A stretch of DNA of 64,000 bases from Patescibacteria group bacterium (GTDB lineage: Bacteria; Patescibacteriota; Microgenomatia; Levybacterales; UBA12049), in the NCBI GenBank assembly GCA_026004395.1, contig BPJB01000001.1, positions 905,226 through 969,225 of the forward strand, given 5' to 3'. A program made the translations under genes and the position numbers. Shown one piece after another: positions 47,912-60,396 of the stretch; position 1 is the stretch's first letter, and each line of letters begins with the position of its first letter. The notes below the pieces were generated by a model. That model did not search any database, was not told where the DNA came from, and saw nothing but the letters and a program-made list of their open reading frames with translations.

Positions 47912-50899
47912 AAACTTCATGTAATCGGAAACTACAACAGATAACTAATGATTTAGAAGCTATTGACCCCAGCAACCGTATTCTTTGTAGCATCAAATGA
48001 TACTCTATCAACTACATGGCTCATCGGTAAAAACTCCAGGAATCAATTAATACTTAAAGATAAAGATCCAAATACTACTCTTACTGGTCAACGGCAGGCA
48101 CAGTTGCACTTTCAAACACACAACGGCACTGATTGATGGAACTGAATATAATTTTGCAACAGCTGCATTAACTAGTACAAGCGACTACTGTTGTGATTGA
48201 AATTACTAATCCCAATGGCCTTAACGCAGTTTACTCAAATGCAGCATGGTTTACGAGTGTTTTCTTTAGGAACAATTATGCCACAGCTCTATAACAGTTG
48301 ACGCACGTTATGATGGACATCCAGGATCCTATCAAACAATTTGGTCAACAACAACAAACGATCAAAGAACATGGCTAAGTTCAGCTGTCACGACCACGCT
48401 CACGGGATGACAGTCCCAGAAAATCACATCGTTGGTGGATCACTTACCTTGGTACCAGCGCTGGAGTCCACTTAACTACGGATGGACTCCAAACAGTAGA
48501 ACGGCAACTATCTCAGTATGCTCTTGAACTAGGAACAACATTTTATCGGTCATCAACTTTCCTACTGGTAGCTGCTTGATACTCCCTACAGCGGAACAGA
48601 ATCACCTCGCACTCATGCCAGGTGGCAACGTGGGTATAAACACCACCACTCCAGTCTATACCCTTGATGTTAATGGCACATTTAGATCCTCATCGACATC
48701 AAACGCTGTTTTCGGCAATGGTACAACAGGTGGAATCCAACTAGGAGATGGTACTATTACAAAAACTACAGGCAATCCCTTTACTATGAATAGTGGACTA
48801 ACACTTAGCCAAAATCTCGCAGTCAATGGCGGTTCAATCACCTCAACTGTTGATCTGACTCTCAATCCATCAGGCGGTCAAGTCTTCCTCGCTGATACTG
48901 ATACCCTAGCTATAGGAGGCCATGCAGGAGCTGCCTACAACGCAATATCCAACGCAGGTGGAACTCCATCCAACCCCAACGTCACATCAGACAACGATCT
49001 CTACATCCAAGGCGATCTGGACATCGGAGGCACACTATATGTCGGTGGATCTCAAATTGCCAATTACTGGCAGCGCAATGGCACAACTCTTGCCCCAACA
49101 ACTACTACAGACAGTGTCGTACTAGGAGGCAATACATCAACTGTTCACCAGTTTGAAGTTAATGGAGCAGTAACAGGCAAGGCTCTTGTTGCCCTCACTG
49201 AGACTGGTGATCAAAATATCATCACTGCCTCCTCTTCTGCTACAACAACTGTCTTCAATCTCTCACGCACAGGCGCAATCAGCGTTGCCGCAGGACAAGG
49301 ATTGGATACGATCTCAGCTGGAGCACTTAATATAGGTACCACCACCCAAACAGCACTTACTCTTGGACAATCAGGAGCAACAACAACTATTAATGGCTCA
49401 TCTCTAACTGTTGGTCCCACCTCATGGACAGCAACACCTACTATCTCAGGACTGATCACAGCCACAAGCGGACTCACTGCCAACGGAGCACTCACCGCTA
49501 ACAACGTCTTTACACTAGGAGACGGTGGTGACACAGGATCAATCAACACCTCAGACTGGGATATCTCAACCACAGGCGTTATGACTGGTATCTCAGGCAT
49601 AACAACAGATGGAGGATACACTCAGTCAGGTACTGCCATCAATACCTTCACCGGTGATCTATCTCTTGGAACAGGTGTACAGGTAGACTTCGCAGATGAA
49701 GTCGGTGACAAATTGTATCTTTTCTCCAATACATATGGAATAGGCATTGAATCCTCAACACTCACCAACTGGTCAGCAAGTACATTCCGCTGGAGAATAG
49801 GTGGCACATCTGTCTCAACTGGCACTGAATACATGACACTAACAAGCAGTGCTCTTAACCTTGCCAACAACACTCTGACCTCAACTGTGATCTCACCCTC
49901 AATCCCTCAGGAGGCCAAGTCTTCCTCGCTGATACGATACCCTAGCTATTGGAGGCCATGCAGGAGCTGCCTACAACGCAATATCCAACGCAGGTGGAAC
50001 TCCATCCAACCCCAACGTCACATCAGACAACGATCTCTACATCCAAGGCGATCTGGACATCGGAGGCACACTATATGTCGGTGGATCTCAAATTGCCAAT
50101 TACTGGCAGCGCATCGCTGGCAACCTCTCACCAATAAATCTCAATGACACAATCTCTGCTACTACATCAGCATCTACAGCATTGACTATAACTCAAACTG
50201 GTGCATTTGATGTCGTCAGATTTGAAGATCAAGCATCAGATACAACACCATTCGTAATCGATCAAAATGGGAATGTCGGTATTGGTACCACAGCACCAGG
50301 GTACAAACTAGATGTAGCTGGAAGTGTCAATATTGGTAGTAATAGTCACTTATATTTTGCCGGAGGTAATCCTCATATTGAAAGTATATATGATGACTTT
50401 ATTTTCCAAGTTGATACTGACAATAATGCCACAGGTAGATTTTTCTTCAAAGACACAAATACCGATGTTATGACAATCGTCAATGGCAACGTGGGTATTG
50501 GTACAACTGCACCTACAGCCAAACTTGATATTACTGGTGATGCTTCCTCCTCCGGCTCTCTAGTACTTCGAGGTACTTCACCAACTACATTAGATATCTT
50601 AAATGGAGGAAGATTTGATATCCAAACCTCTGTAGGAGGAGATGCAGGACTTACTCCAAGATTGACAATCACCAGCAACGGCAATGTAGGCATCGGGACA
50701 ACGGGACCAGCTTGATCTTCTGGACGTAAATGGTGGCGTCATCATTCGCGATCGAGCTGCAATTCAAGGGACAGGCGCAAGCTGTAGCGCTCCTGGTGCT
50801 GGAACTGCAGGCTGGTGGTATGCTGATGCAGGAGATTGTTCAACTGTCTTTGCCGGGATAAATACTGCTACCAACGGCTCTGAGGTCTTTGGAATATAC
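47912..50899 (+). pseudogene. Giant fibre protein, part 3: indel-disrupted segment (includes ORFs 48576..50147 and 50182..50715)
   Basis: The same motifs (HLALMPGGNVGI, GKALVAL.ETGDQ, GNVGIGTT) appear in shifting frames. Probably read errors; true decay is not excluded. Confidence 0.65.
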
Positions 50900-53800
50900 A
50901 TGGGCAGCTGGGACTGGACAATAGATATTAATGGCAATGTCACCAATGCTGGCAATCTCACAGTCCAGGGTACAACAGGTATAACTGCTTCTGGAACTGG
51001 TGCTGGTCTTAACTTCTCTGGCACAGGAACGCACACAATCCAAGCAAGCGCTGGAACTTTGCAAATCAACGCATTTACTCTGGGAGGAGCTATCACAGGC
51101 AACAACCAAAATATCTCCAGTATCGGCAACATCACAGCCAATACAAGTGCCAATACCATCACAGGATTTGGCACCATAGGAACATCAGGCACAACAGCAT
51201 TCCAAGGAATAACAGCTACCCTCAGTGGTACTGGCAACGCTCTCACCCTCTCTGGTGCTGGTGCCAACATCGCCTTCACTGGTGCAGGTCTAGCCCAAAT
51301 CACAACAGCCGCCTCCCAACACCTCGCCCTCATGCCAGGCGGCAACGTGGGTATAGGCACTACTACTCCAACACTGGGCAAACTCACAGTACTTGGCACA
51401 ACGGCAGCTCAAACATTTGCTGATTATGACAATACAGCCTACTTCTTGGATCCAGCAACAACAACTACCTCACTCAACATCGCAGGTGGTGCCAATATTG
51501 GTGGTTATGCAACAGTCTCTGCCTCTCTTGCTGTTGGCTACACCAACGCACCTGCTGGTCCTGGACATGCCATCTTCGCAGGCAACTTAGGCATAGGTAC
51601 TACAGCACCAGTCCACAAACTAGAACTAGCCTCCCACACAACAGCAACTGGTGGCATAGGATTTGGCACTGATGTAGAACTCTACAGATCTGCTGCTGAT
51701 ACCCTCTCCCTTGCATCAGGTGACTCCCTCAACCTAGTCTCTGGCAATCTACAGGTTGGTAGTACAACAGTTATCACCAGTGGTAGGATTATTCAAGCTA
51801 CCAATGGCAGTGCTACATCTCCCTCATTCACCTTCTCCTCTGACACCAACACTGGCATATTTGGAACAGGTGCTGATGTACTCGCTATCTCAACTGCTGG
51901 CACAGAGAGAGTACGAATTGCTGCCAATGGCAATGTAGGTATAGGGACAACAACAACTGATTTCCAAACCACTATTCAAGAAAGCACTAATAGTAAAGGT
52001 ATCTTAGCGCTTCTTGGCGATGGCAACCAAACATTATTCACTGCCTCAATCTCAGGATCAACTAAGTTCTTAGTTGATAAGACTGGTAACGTCGGCATCG
52101 GGACTATAGCACCTAGTACCCTTTTGCATGTTGCCATGGACAACGGCACCCTACCTACATTAAGCTCTAGTACAGGTTTTGTAATTAATAATAATAGTGC
52201 AACGACAGACGATGTAAGTTTGTCTCTGGTAGCAGGAACAGCGGCAATGGCATGGCTTAGAATGGGTGATAGCGCTGATGAAAGTGCAGGAGCTGTCATA
52301 TATGACAACTCAGAGGATAGTATGTCACTCAGAGTTAACTCTGGAACACGTATAAAGATTACAAGTACCGGAAAAATTTCTCTTGGTGCCAGCGGTGTTA
52401 CTGAGCTTGGAAGTTCTAACATTCCTGATGGATCAGTTATTCTTCCTAATGGAGCATTTTGTGTCGACGATGGTGCTCAAAACTGTGATGACGCAGCTCG
52501 CGTAGCTGGAAGAATTTATGCTGAGTCAACAACAATTACTGCGATAGACTTGGCAGAAAATTATCCATCTAAAGACTCTACTATGGAAGCTGGAGACCTA
52601 GTAGTTGCCGATCCGGACAATACAGAGTATGTGAAGAAATCAACTGGCGCGTACCAGCCGTCTCTTATAGGTGTCATCTCAACCAAACCTGGTATTCTCC
52701 TTGGAGGATTTGGCGAGGAGGCAAAGAGATTCCCAGATGACAAAAAATACCCAATAGCTCTTGCCGGAAGAATACCAGTAAAAGTTTCAACGATCAATGG
52801 ACCCATCAAACGAGGCGACTACCTCACCTCCTCTCCAATTCCAGGTGTGGCGATGAAAGCAACTAGAGCTGGACAAATAGTCGCAAAAGCACTTGAGGAT
52901 TATAACACTCCTGATACGAATACAGTTGGCAAAATAGTCGCATTGGTTAACGTCTCTTGGTACGACCCACAGGTCTATATTGCAGACTCAGGTGACTTGA
53001 ATATCACAAACAACGCTGGTGACTTTAAAGCATGGGTTGCCGGACAACCAGTTGAGAGAAAAGCAGCCTATGCAGATGCTGTTATTGCACGTCTTACAAC
53101 AGGTATTGTAAAGACCAAACAATTACTTGTTGAAGGCACTGCTACATTCCTTGGAAGTGTCCAGATGCAGACATTGAATGTAGCCAATACTCTTAAAGCA
53201 GCATCTATTGAGGTTGCCAATAATCTCCAGGCAGGCACGATCAATGCCACAACTATAGCGGTCAATAGCCTCTCCATTGCCGGTCAGAATCTGAGAGATT
53301 ATATACTTGCAGTTGTTGAACAAGCTGGATTCTCTAAGAATCAAAATAACATCACCTCACCCATAGCTGATATTGATAGAATCCATACCAGCGTCATATC
53401 ACCGCTTGCTTCTGACTCTGCAATCTTGGTAAACGGCAAACTTGTCATCAAGAGAGGTAACGAAGGATCTGATGATTCTTCGACTTCGTCTCAAAATAAC
53501 ATTGCACTAGAAGTTCAAGGTTCAGCCTCAATTAGTGGAAATCTATCAGTCAGTGATGCAAGTATTGCTGGTACTCTTCGCGCTGGTAAGATCATCGCTG
53601 ATCAGATAGAGGGACTCGATGCACGCATTGCAAGTCTTGCAGCCAACGCTATCACCGCAACCAACGCAGCTATTGCGACAAACTCTACTGCATCGGATTC
53701 AGGAATACTTGCATCAGGAAGTGCAACTCTTGCTTCTCTGATCTCATCTACAATCGTTAGTGACTATGCTTCTGTTGCTAGCTTCACAGCAAATCTAGCC

Positions 53801-54586
53801 TTTGTACCCAATCTTAATGCGCAATTTGGGACATTTGAACAAGGACTGATGGCATTTGGACCATCATCCCTTTCTGATGTCTCTATTGCGGGACAACTCT
53901 CAATCAATGGCTCTATGATCTTTGCTGATAATAGTATCAATACACTTGGCGCTGATCTTCAGATACAGCCACTCAGACAAGGCAATATCTCATTTATGGC
54001 AGGTCTTGTCACCATAGATATTGACGGGAATATATCTGTTGCAGGGAATGCTACATTTGCAAAGAATGTTCGAGTCAATGGAACACTTGCAGCAAAAGTT
54101 ATCTCACCTGTTCCAGATGAAGACCTGGTCTTCAAGCTTCCGGGTACATCCAATAGCACACAACTTGCTGTTGATAGACCAAGTATTGTTGTCCAGAACG
54201 CATCCGGTTCAGCAGTCCTGAAGATCACTGATGAGGGAGATATCATCGCATCAGGCGAGGCTAATTTCAAAAATATTGCCACCAATACATTCAAGATCGT
54301 CAGAGGCGCGCAAGCTGATACCTCCCTCACCCAAACTATTGCCACAGCAAGTGCCGGAACAGCAACAATCAAGGCGGGTCAATTCGAGCGCACAATTATC
54401 AGTCCATTTGTCTCTGAAAAATCACTGATTTATATCACACCTGTCACCAATACCAATGGAGTCACACCTTATATCGCTCGTCAGACAGCTGAAGATGCAG
54501 AAAATGGTATCAAAGGATCATTCACAATTCGTATCCCTGTACTACAGACATCAGATGTGAAAGTTAACTGGTGGATTATTAATTAA
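50900..54586 (+). CDS. Giant fibre protein, part 4, containing a peptidase G2-like intramolecular chaperone domain
   Basis: DLAENY...GDLVV...IGVISTKPG...PIALAGRIPVKV...GPIKRGDYLTSS.IPGVAMKA at ~52547-52960; shares repeat blocks with parts 1-2. Confidence 0.8.
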   Translation: MGSWDWTIDINGNVTNAGNLTVQGTTGITASGTGAGLNFSGTGTHTIQASAGTLQINAFTLGGAITGNNQNISSIGNITANTSANTITGFGTIGTSGTTAFQGITATLSGTGNALTLSGAGANIAFTGAGLAQITTAASQHLALMPGGNVGIGTTTPTLGKLTVLGTTAAQTFADYDNTAYFLDPATTTTSLNIAGGANIGGYATVSASLAVGYTNAPAGPGHAIFAGNLGIGTTAPVHKLELASHTTATGGIGFGTDVELYRSAADTLSLASGDSLNLVSGNLQVGSTTVITSGRIIQATNGSATSPSFTFSSDTNTGIFGTGADVLAISTAGTERVRIAANGNVGIGTTTTDFQTTIQESTNSKGILALLGDGNQTLFTASISGSTKFLVDKTGNVGIGTIAPSTLLHVAMDNGTLPTLSSSTGFVINNNSATTDDVSLSLVAGTAAMAWLRMGDSADESAGAVIYDNSEDSMSLRVNSGTRIKITSTGKISLGASGVTELGSSNIPDGSVILPNGAFCVDDGAQNCDDAARVAGRIYAESTTITAIDLAENYPSKDSTMEAGDLVVADPDNTEYVKKSTGAYQPSLIGVISTKPGILLGGFGEEAKRFPDDKKYPIALAGRIPVKVSTINGPIKRGDYLTSSPIPGVAMKATRAGQIVAKALEDYNTPDTNTVGKIVALVNVSWYDPQVYIADSGDLNITNNAGDFKAWVAGQPVERKAAYADAVIARLTTGIVKTKQLLVEGTATFLGSVQMQTLNVANTLKAASIEVANNLQAGTINATTIAVNSLSIAGQNLRDYILAVVEQAGFSKNQNNITSPIADIDRIHTSVISPLASDSAILVNGKLVIKRGNEGSDDSSTSSQNNIALEVQGSASISGNLSVSDASIAGTLRAGKIIADQIEGLDARIASLAANAITATNAAIATNSTASDSGILASGSATLASLISSTIVSDYASVASFTANLAFVPNLNAQFGTFEQGLMAFGPSSLSDVSIAGQLSINGSMIFADNSINTLGADLQIQPLRQGNISFMAGLVTIDIDGNISVAGNATFAKNVRVNGTLAAKVISPVPDEDLVFKLPGTSNSTQLAVDRPSIVVQNASGSAVLKITDEGDIIASGEANFKNIATNTFKIVRGAQADTSLTQTIATASAGTATIKAGQFERTIISPFVSEKSLIYITPVTNTNGVTPYIARQTAEDAENGIKGSFTIRIPVLQTSDVKVNWWIIN

Positions 54587-54858
54587 CAAAAGATGGTTAG
54601 CATGTAAACTATCACCTGTTTTATCTTTTAAACTTGATAACTTTTATGAGTAGAGCAGAAATGCATTATTTTATTAACCTATCAAATATTATCAAAATAT
54701 CGCTTAATAGATACTAAAGTTCCCGTATATGTGTTTGATTGCAATAAATAGATTGTGGCTATATAAGCAAAAAGTAGGATTAAAGAAAATGTTTTGTGAA
54801 AATATTGGATACATTGTTAGATCTTCTATTTTAGAAATTATATTCTAGTAGATACTAT

Positions 54859-54898
54859 TATTAAAATATTAATAAAAGTATTAAAATATTAATAAAAG
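54859..54898. repeat. 20-bp tandem duplication
   Basis: TATTAAAATATTAATAAAAG x2, upstream of the LamG gene. Confidence 0.7.
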
Positions 54899-55008
54899 AG
54901 ATCTTTGATTTTCAAATTTTGATGTATGCAAATATCATGTATACTGATACTAAAAATAGCTATGTAAAGTTAGAGACTAAAAGCATATTAAGAATCTGAT
55001 CTTATCGT

Positions 55009-58000
55009 ATGAAAATTTATAAAAAATCTCCCTCACAACCAAACTCTTTTATCAATAAAAGTAAAGCATCCCAACTACCCCTAAAATGGTCAGAAAGTTT
55101 TATCTCCTATATCATCATCCTCCCATTTAGACTCCTCTTATTAGTTGCAAATATAGCGTGGCAAGCTCTAAATTTTCCTCTTAAACTCTTACCTCATCGT
55201 CTTATACATCGCCTTAACCCCATTCAGCGACTCTTTCTTAACGTCGTCACTGCTTCCATCTTCCTCATCTTTGGTATCTGGATCTATACTTCATTTTCTC
55301 AACCCGAACAATCAGAAGCGGTGTGGTTTAATGATCAATGGCTTTATAGACAAAAGGTAGATATTACCAATTCATCAGGATCAAACCTTACTGATTTCCA
55401 AGTTGCAATTACCTTAAATACAGCTCAAATGATTACAGATGGCAAACTCCAATCAGATTGTGATGATATCCGATTTGTTAATCAAAAAGGAGATATTCTT
55501 CATCATTGGCGTATACCTACAACTTTATGCAACACATCTACTACTAAATTTTTTGTACGTATTACCTCTATTCCAACAAACGGTACCACAATATTTGTAT
55601 ATTACGGTAATTCAACAGCACAAAATATCGAAGATGCAGGAAAAGTTTTTGATAGAGGAGGCATTAGAGGATTCTTCTATGCACATAACTCAGGATCACA
55701 TCCTACCACATCTGCAGCTTTTGACACATTCTTCACATCCAATATTGCAGGATTTCAGGGGCAACAACTTTATTCGCAGATCAATTGTGCTAATAATAAT
55801 TGCAATCCTTTTGATCCAGACGATGATAATTATGCCACTTATTTTGAGGGAATAATTTATATCCCAACCACGGGGACTTATTATTTTGCAACTGATTCTG
55901 ATGATGCATCAGATATTTATATAGATGGAGATTTCACAGCATCAAGTAGCGCTGGTACAAATGTCGCTAATTGGTACAATGGTCATGGTCTTGCTAATAA
56001 TTGGTCGCATAATGGATCTATAGTACTTACTAAAGGTTATCATACATTTCGCTATCGTATGGAAGAAGTATCTGGAGGTGATGGTTTTCGAGCAGCGTGG
56101 CAAAAACCTGGTGACACTTCATATTCATATATTACGGGAGAATATTTTTACTCCAAAAAATATGCATCTTCTGAGCCCACGATCTCTCTTGGCACAGAAG
56201 AACAATCCCCAGGACCTGTTGCCTATTGGAAATTTGATGAAGGAACCGGAACAACAGCCTATGATAGCTCTACGAATAAGTATCATGGAATAATCAGCGG
56301 AGCCACCTGGAAACAAGAAGGAGAGTGCTTAATTGGTAAATGTCTATATTTCGATGGGGTAAATGATTATATTGACCTTGGTAGCTCAAGTCGGTATGGA
56401 GCAACCAAAACAACAGGAGCATACACTATTGAAGCGTGGGTCAAACCAGTTGATGTTGCTAGATACAATATCCTAACGCTTCGTATTGGAGGATTTCACT
56501 ATTTTAGTACTGGAATTACAGGAGGTGAGGCTGGCGGCATGCGAACTATGGTACATGATGCAGTATCCAATGCCAATTATTGGCCAACTTCAAATTTGGG
56601 TATTTTGAAAGCTAATCAGTGGAATCACGTCGTTTTCATCTTTGAAGATGGTGTTGGCTATAAATATTATCTTAATGGAAAATTAGATAAAGAGGTAGCA
56701 AATTCCAACTTACAATTCTACAATTATGGGGGAAATGCATATATTGGCTATGGAACTGATAGTACAACTTTCTTCAAAGGATTTATTGACGAAGTAAAAG
56801 TCTATCCATATGTTCGTACACCAGAACAAATAAGAGCTGATTTTGGAAGTATAAAAGGATCCATCAAAGGTACATCTGTAGGTATAGGTGGATCGAGTCT
56901 CACCTCTTCTCTATCCAATGGACTTGTTGGCTACTGGAAGATGGATGAAACGACGTGGAGTGGCACAGCGGGAGAGGTAATTGATAGTTCGGGGAATGAG
57001 AATAACGGGACAGCAGTGAGTGGTGCTGAAGCTAGCCCTTCAGCAAAATTTGGCAGATCAGGTTATTTTGCAGGGATAGATGAAAACGTGGCTATAAATA
57101 ATTCTCCTTCAATAAGTAATTTTTCAAATGGGGTGACAGTATCTTTATGGTTTAAAACGAATTCTGTTAGCTCTGCGCAAAGCCAATTCGGATACAATGG
57201 GGGTGGATTTTTAAATTTTTGGATGAATTCAGGAGTCTCCTCAACAAATCTACGATGGGAGACAAACTCAGGACAATCAATAACTTCTACTACAGCTATT
57301 TATCCTAATACCTGGTACCATGCAGTAGGCGTTTATGATACAAAGACAGGAATTGCAAGCCTCTATATCAATGGAAGAATAGATGTTTCAGCAAATCGAA
57401 CATTTAACACAAGTAAAAGTGGTATTGTAACAATTGGATCATATTCAACCTCACAATATTTTTTTAATGGTAACATAGATGAAGTCCGTATTTACAATCG
57501 CGCACTCTCTCCAGCTGAAGTTCAAGAGCTTTATAATTTTGCTCCAGGACCTATTGCTTATTATGATTTTGAGGAAGGACAAGGAACATCACTCAATGAT
57601 AAGTCTGGCAATGGTAATAATAGCACTTCCTTTGGAGGTACTCCCACTTGGACAAAAGGATTTTATGGAAAGGGAATGAAATTTGATAATGCCAGCACGG
57701 ACCAAGTCACGATCCCTGGTTCAGAAATACTCAATTACAATAACTATACACTTGGTTTTTGGATTAATTTTACAGATGAATATGATGGAAGCTATCGGCA
57801 AATTATTGCCAGAGATCCGAATGGATCAGATAGGTCACCAGGCATATGGAGATATCCTAATATGCTTCGAATACACTGGAAACATCCTTATCCAGGAAAT
57901 GCTGGACCGGTAGCTATTGGTCCTAATGGGGAAAATACAAGCTTTGTTGCAAATAAATGGTATTACATGACTGGTGTTAAAAATGGCACATCATTTGATT

Positions 58001-60272
58001 ACTACTTAAATGGAGTAAAAATCGGTTCAACATATACCCTTACTGATCCTATGATTAATGATGCAGGAGGCAGCTTTTACATTGGCAAAAGCGCAGGCTA
58101 TAACTCTGCAGGATTTATTATTGACGAAATAAAACTTTACAACTACGCGCGTACACAAAAACAAATTATCGAGGATATGAACGCCGGCCATCCAATAGGT
58201 GGCTCCCCTGTTGGATCTCAAGCACTATATTTGAAATTTGATGAAGGATACGGGACAACCGCTTACGATTCGGGACCAAATCGCATTAACGGCACTATTA
58301 CCAGCTGTTCGTGGACATTGGCAGGTAAATTCAATAAAGGTATTAACTGTAATGGTGGGGGATATGTAACACTCGGATCGAACACAGCATTTGATTCTTC
58401 CAGTTTTACCTATACATTTTGGATTAAAACAGGCGTACTGGGAGCGGATCAATATAGTAATATTATCCTTGGGCGAGAAAACTATACCGTATCCGGCTTT
58501 CGAGCAGGATTGGACAACAGTGGTCGTGTCTATTTCTGGACCACACAATCAGGAGGAACACTTAGTCTTACTTCTAATCGTTCTGTTACCGGTGATTGGC
58601 ACTATGTAGCAGTTACTTACGACTCAACTTCATCAACAGGCACCATCTATATTGATGGCAAAAAAGATGTTACTGCAACAGGAACATATATTGTTCCAAC
58701 TGGTGTCTCATTGGTACTCAATGGTGGTATTGGGGGTACTACTCGAAGCAATAGCCTTTTCGACGAATTTAAATTCTACTCCTCTGCTCTATCACCAAGT
58801 GAAATTCAAAATGATTACAACCGCGGTGCATCACTGGTCATGGGTGCCACCTCAACAAGTGATGATGGCACGACTGCCAGTAGCTCTGCCTCTCGCGCAT
58901 ACTGTATCCCTGGTGACACGTCGGTACCTGCAATCCACCTAGTTGGAGAATGGAAATTTGAAGAAGGAAGCGGTGGGACTGTGAATGACACATCCGGCAA
59001 CGGAAATACTGGGACATGGAATGGTACAGGTACGCTGCACTGGACCAAAGGAAAGATAGGAAAGGCTGGTAATTTTGACGGGAGCAGTGATTATGTCAGC
59101 GTCAATAGCAGCGCCACAATCCCTACTGGAGGTACTGCCAGGACTTTAGAGATGTGGGTATATACTACTGATAATTCCTGGGCAGATAACGCCAACACAA
59201 TCTTCGAGTATGGCACTAATACAACAAGACAAGCTTTTGGCATAGATATGAATCCCTTCCCTAATATCGAGGTTTATACTTGGGCTGATGATGCCACCGT
59301 TAATACAGGATTGTCAAACAAAGCAGGATGGTGGCATTTGGCTGTTACTTATGATGGAAGTACTACCATAAAAACTTATATTAATGGTGTGTTAAAAAGT
59401 ACAAAAACATTAGCTGGAGTCCTTAATACAGCCTCTTCAACGGTAAATATAGGTAGATCGGCTCTTGTAAATGCCTATTTTGATGGCCGATTAGATCATA
59501 TTCAGCTCTACGACTATGCTCGAACACCTTCTCAAATTACCTGGGATTACAATCGTGGCAAGCCGGTATTGCACACTGGAAATTTGACGAGTGCCAAGGA
59601 TCAACTGTCAATGATTCATCAGGCAACGGCAATTCTGGGACGATAACTATTGGTGCAACAGGGAGTCAGACCTCAGTCGGCACCTGCTCCACCTCTGGTA
59701 CTGCTTGGGGCAACGGAGCAACAGGTAAATTTAACCACTCACTTAATTTTGACGGGACTGATGATTATATCAATTTTGGAGATAATAGCAATTTTGACTT
59801 TGGAACAAATGATTTCTCATATTGTTTCTGGATCAAGACCACAGATACAGCCGGTCAAGTTGTCGGAAAAGGCGTTTGGTCATACGATGCATGGGGTTCC
59901 TATATATCATCAGGTAAAGTACGTTTTGAGATGAAAATTGAAAATCCACCTGGAAACAATTATACAACTGACTCTGCTGTTATCAATGATGGTAATTGGC
60001 ATCATGTTTGTGGAGTATATGATAGAGATACCAGTCTGAATGCTTACACCGATGGACAATTAACAAGTAGCAATACTTCATTCTCATCCGCTGTAAATTA
60101 TGATATAAGCAATGCTTCTAATTTTGCTATAGGCAATGGATCACCTGGTTATCTTTCAGGACAACTGGATGAAATTCAAGTCTTCAACTATGCCTTAACA
60201 GCCAATCAAGTCAAATCTCTCTACAATCAAGGCAGTGCAATTCGTTTTGCACCCGCAACAGGTACACCATAA
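55009..60272 (+). CDS. Large surface protein: TM, DUF2341, PA14 and six LamG-like (concanavalin A) domains; frameshift near 59567
   Basis: WLYRQKVDITN..LTDFQV...DCDDIRF (DUF2341); G.IYIP.TG.YYF.TDSDDAS (PA14); repeats of (Y/H)W.FDEG...IDEV..YN. The frame after 59567 (IAHWKFDECQG...) runs directly into ORF 59931..60272. Confidence 0.85.
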
Positions 60273-60396
60273 CATAATATTTTCTTGCAAATTATTTAAA
60301 TACTGTCTGAGATTTAGAGACTTTAATGAAATAAATAGCAAAGAACCATGACAAGTGATAAAGCATTTTCTTTATCTAGTATTCATCCCTTATTAT

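Noticed and set aside
36194-54372. Numerous minus-strand ORFs (MPTLP..., VVPIPTLP...)
   Set aside because: Antisense shadows of the repetitive G/T/S-rich fibre gene; the plus strand carries the recognisable domains.
59650-59934. 94-aa ORF between the LamG fragments
   Set aside because: Wrong frame; a different frame encodes the sixth LamG domain continuously from ~59568 to 60272.
34305-60272. Diversity-generating retroelement
   Set aside because: No reverse transcriptase in the window, and differences between repeat copies appear to be mostly synonymous rather than adenine-specific.
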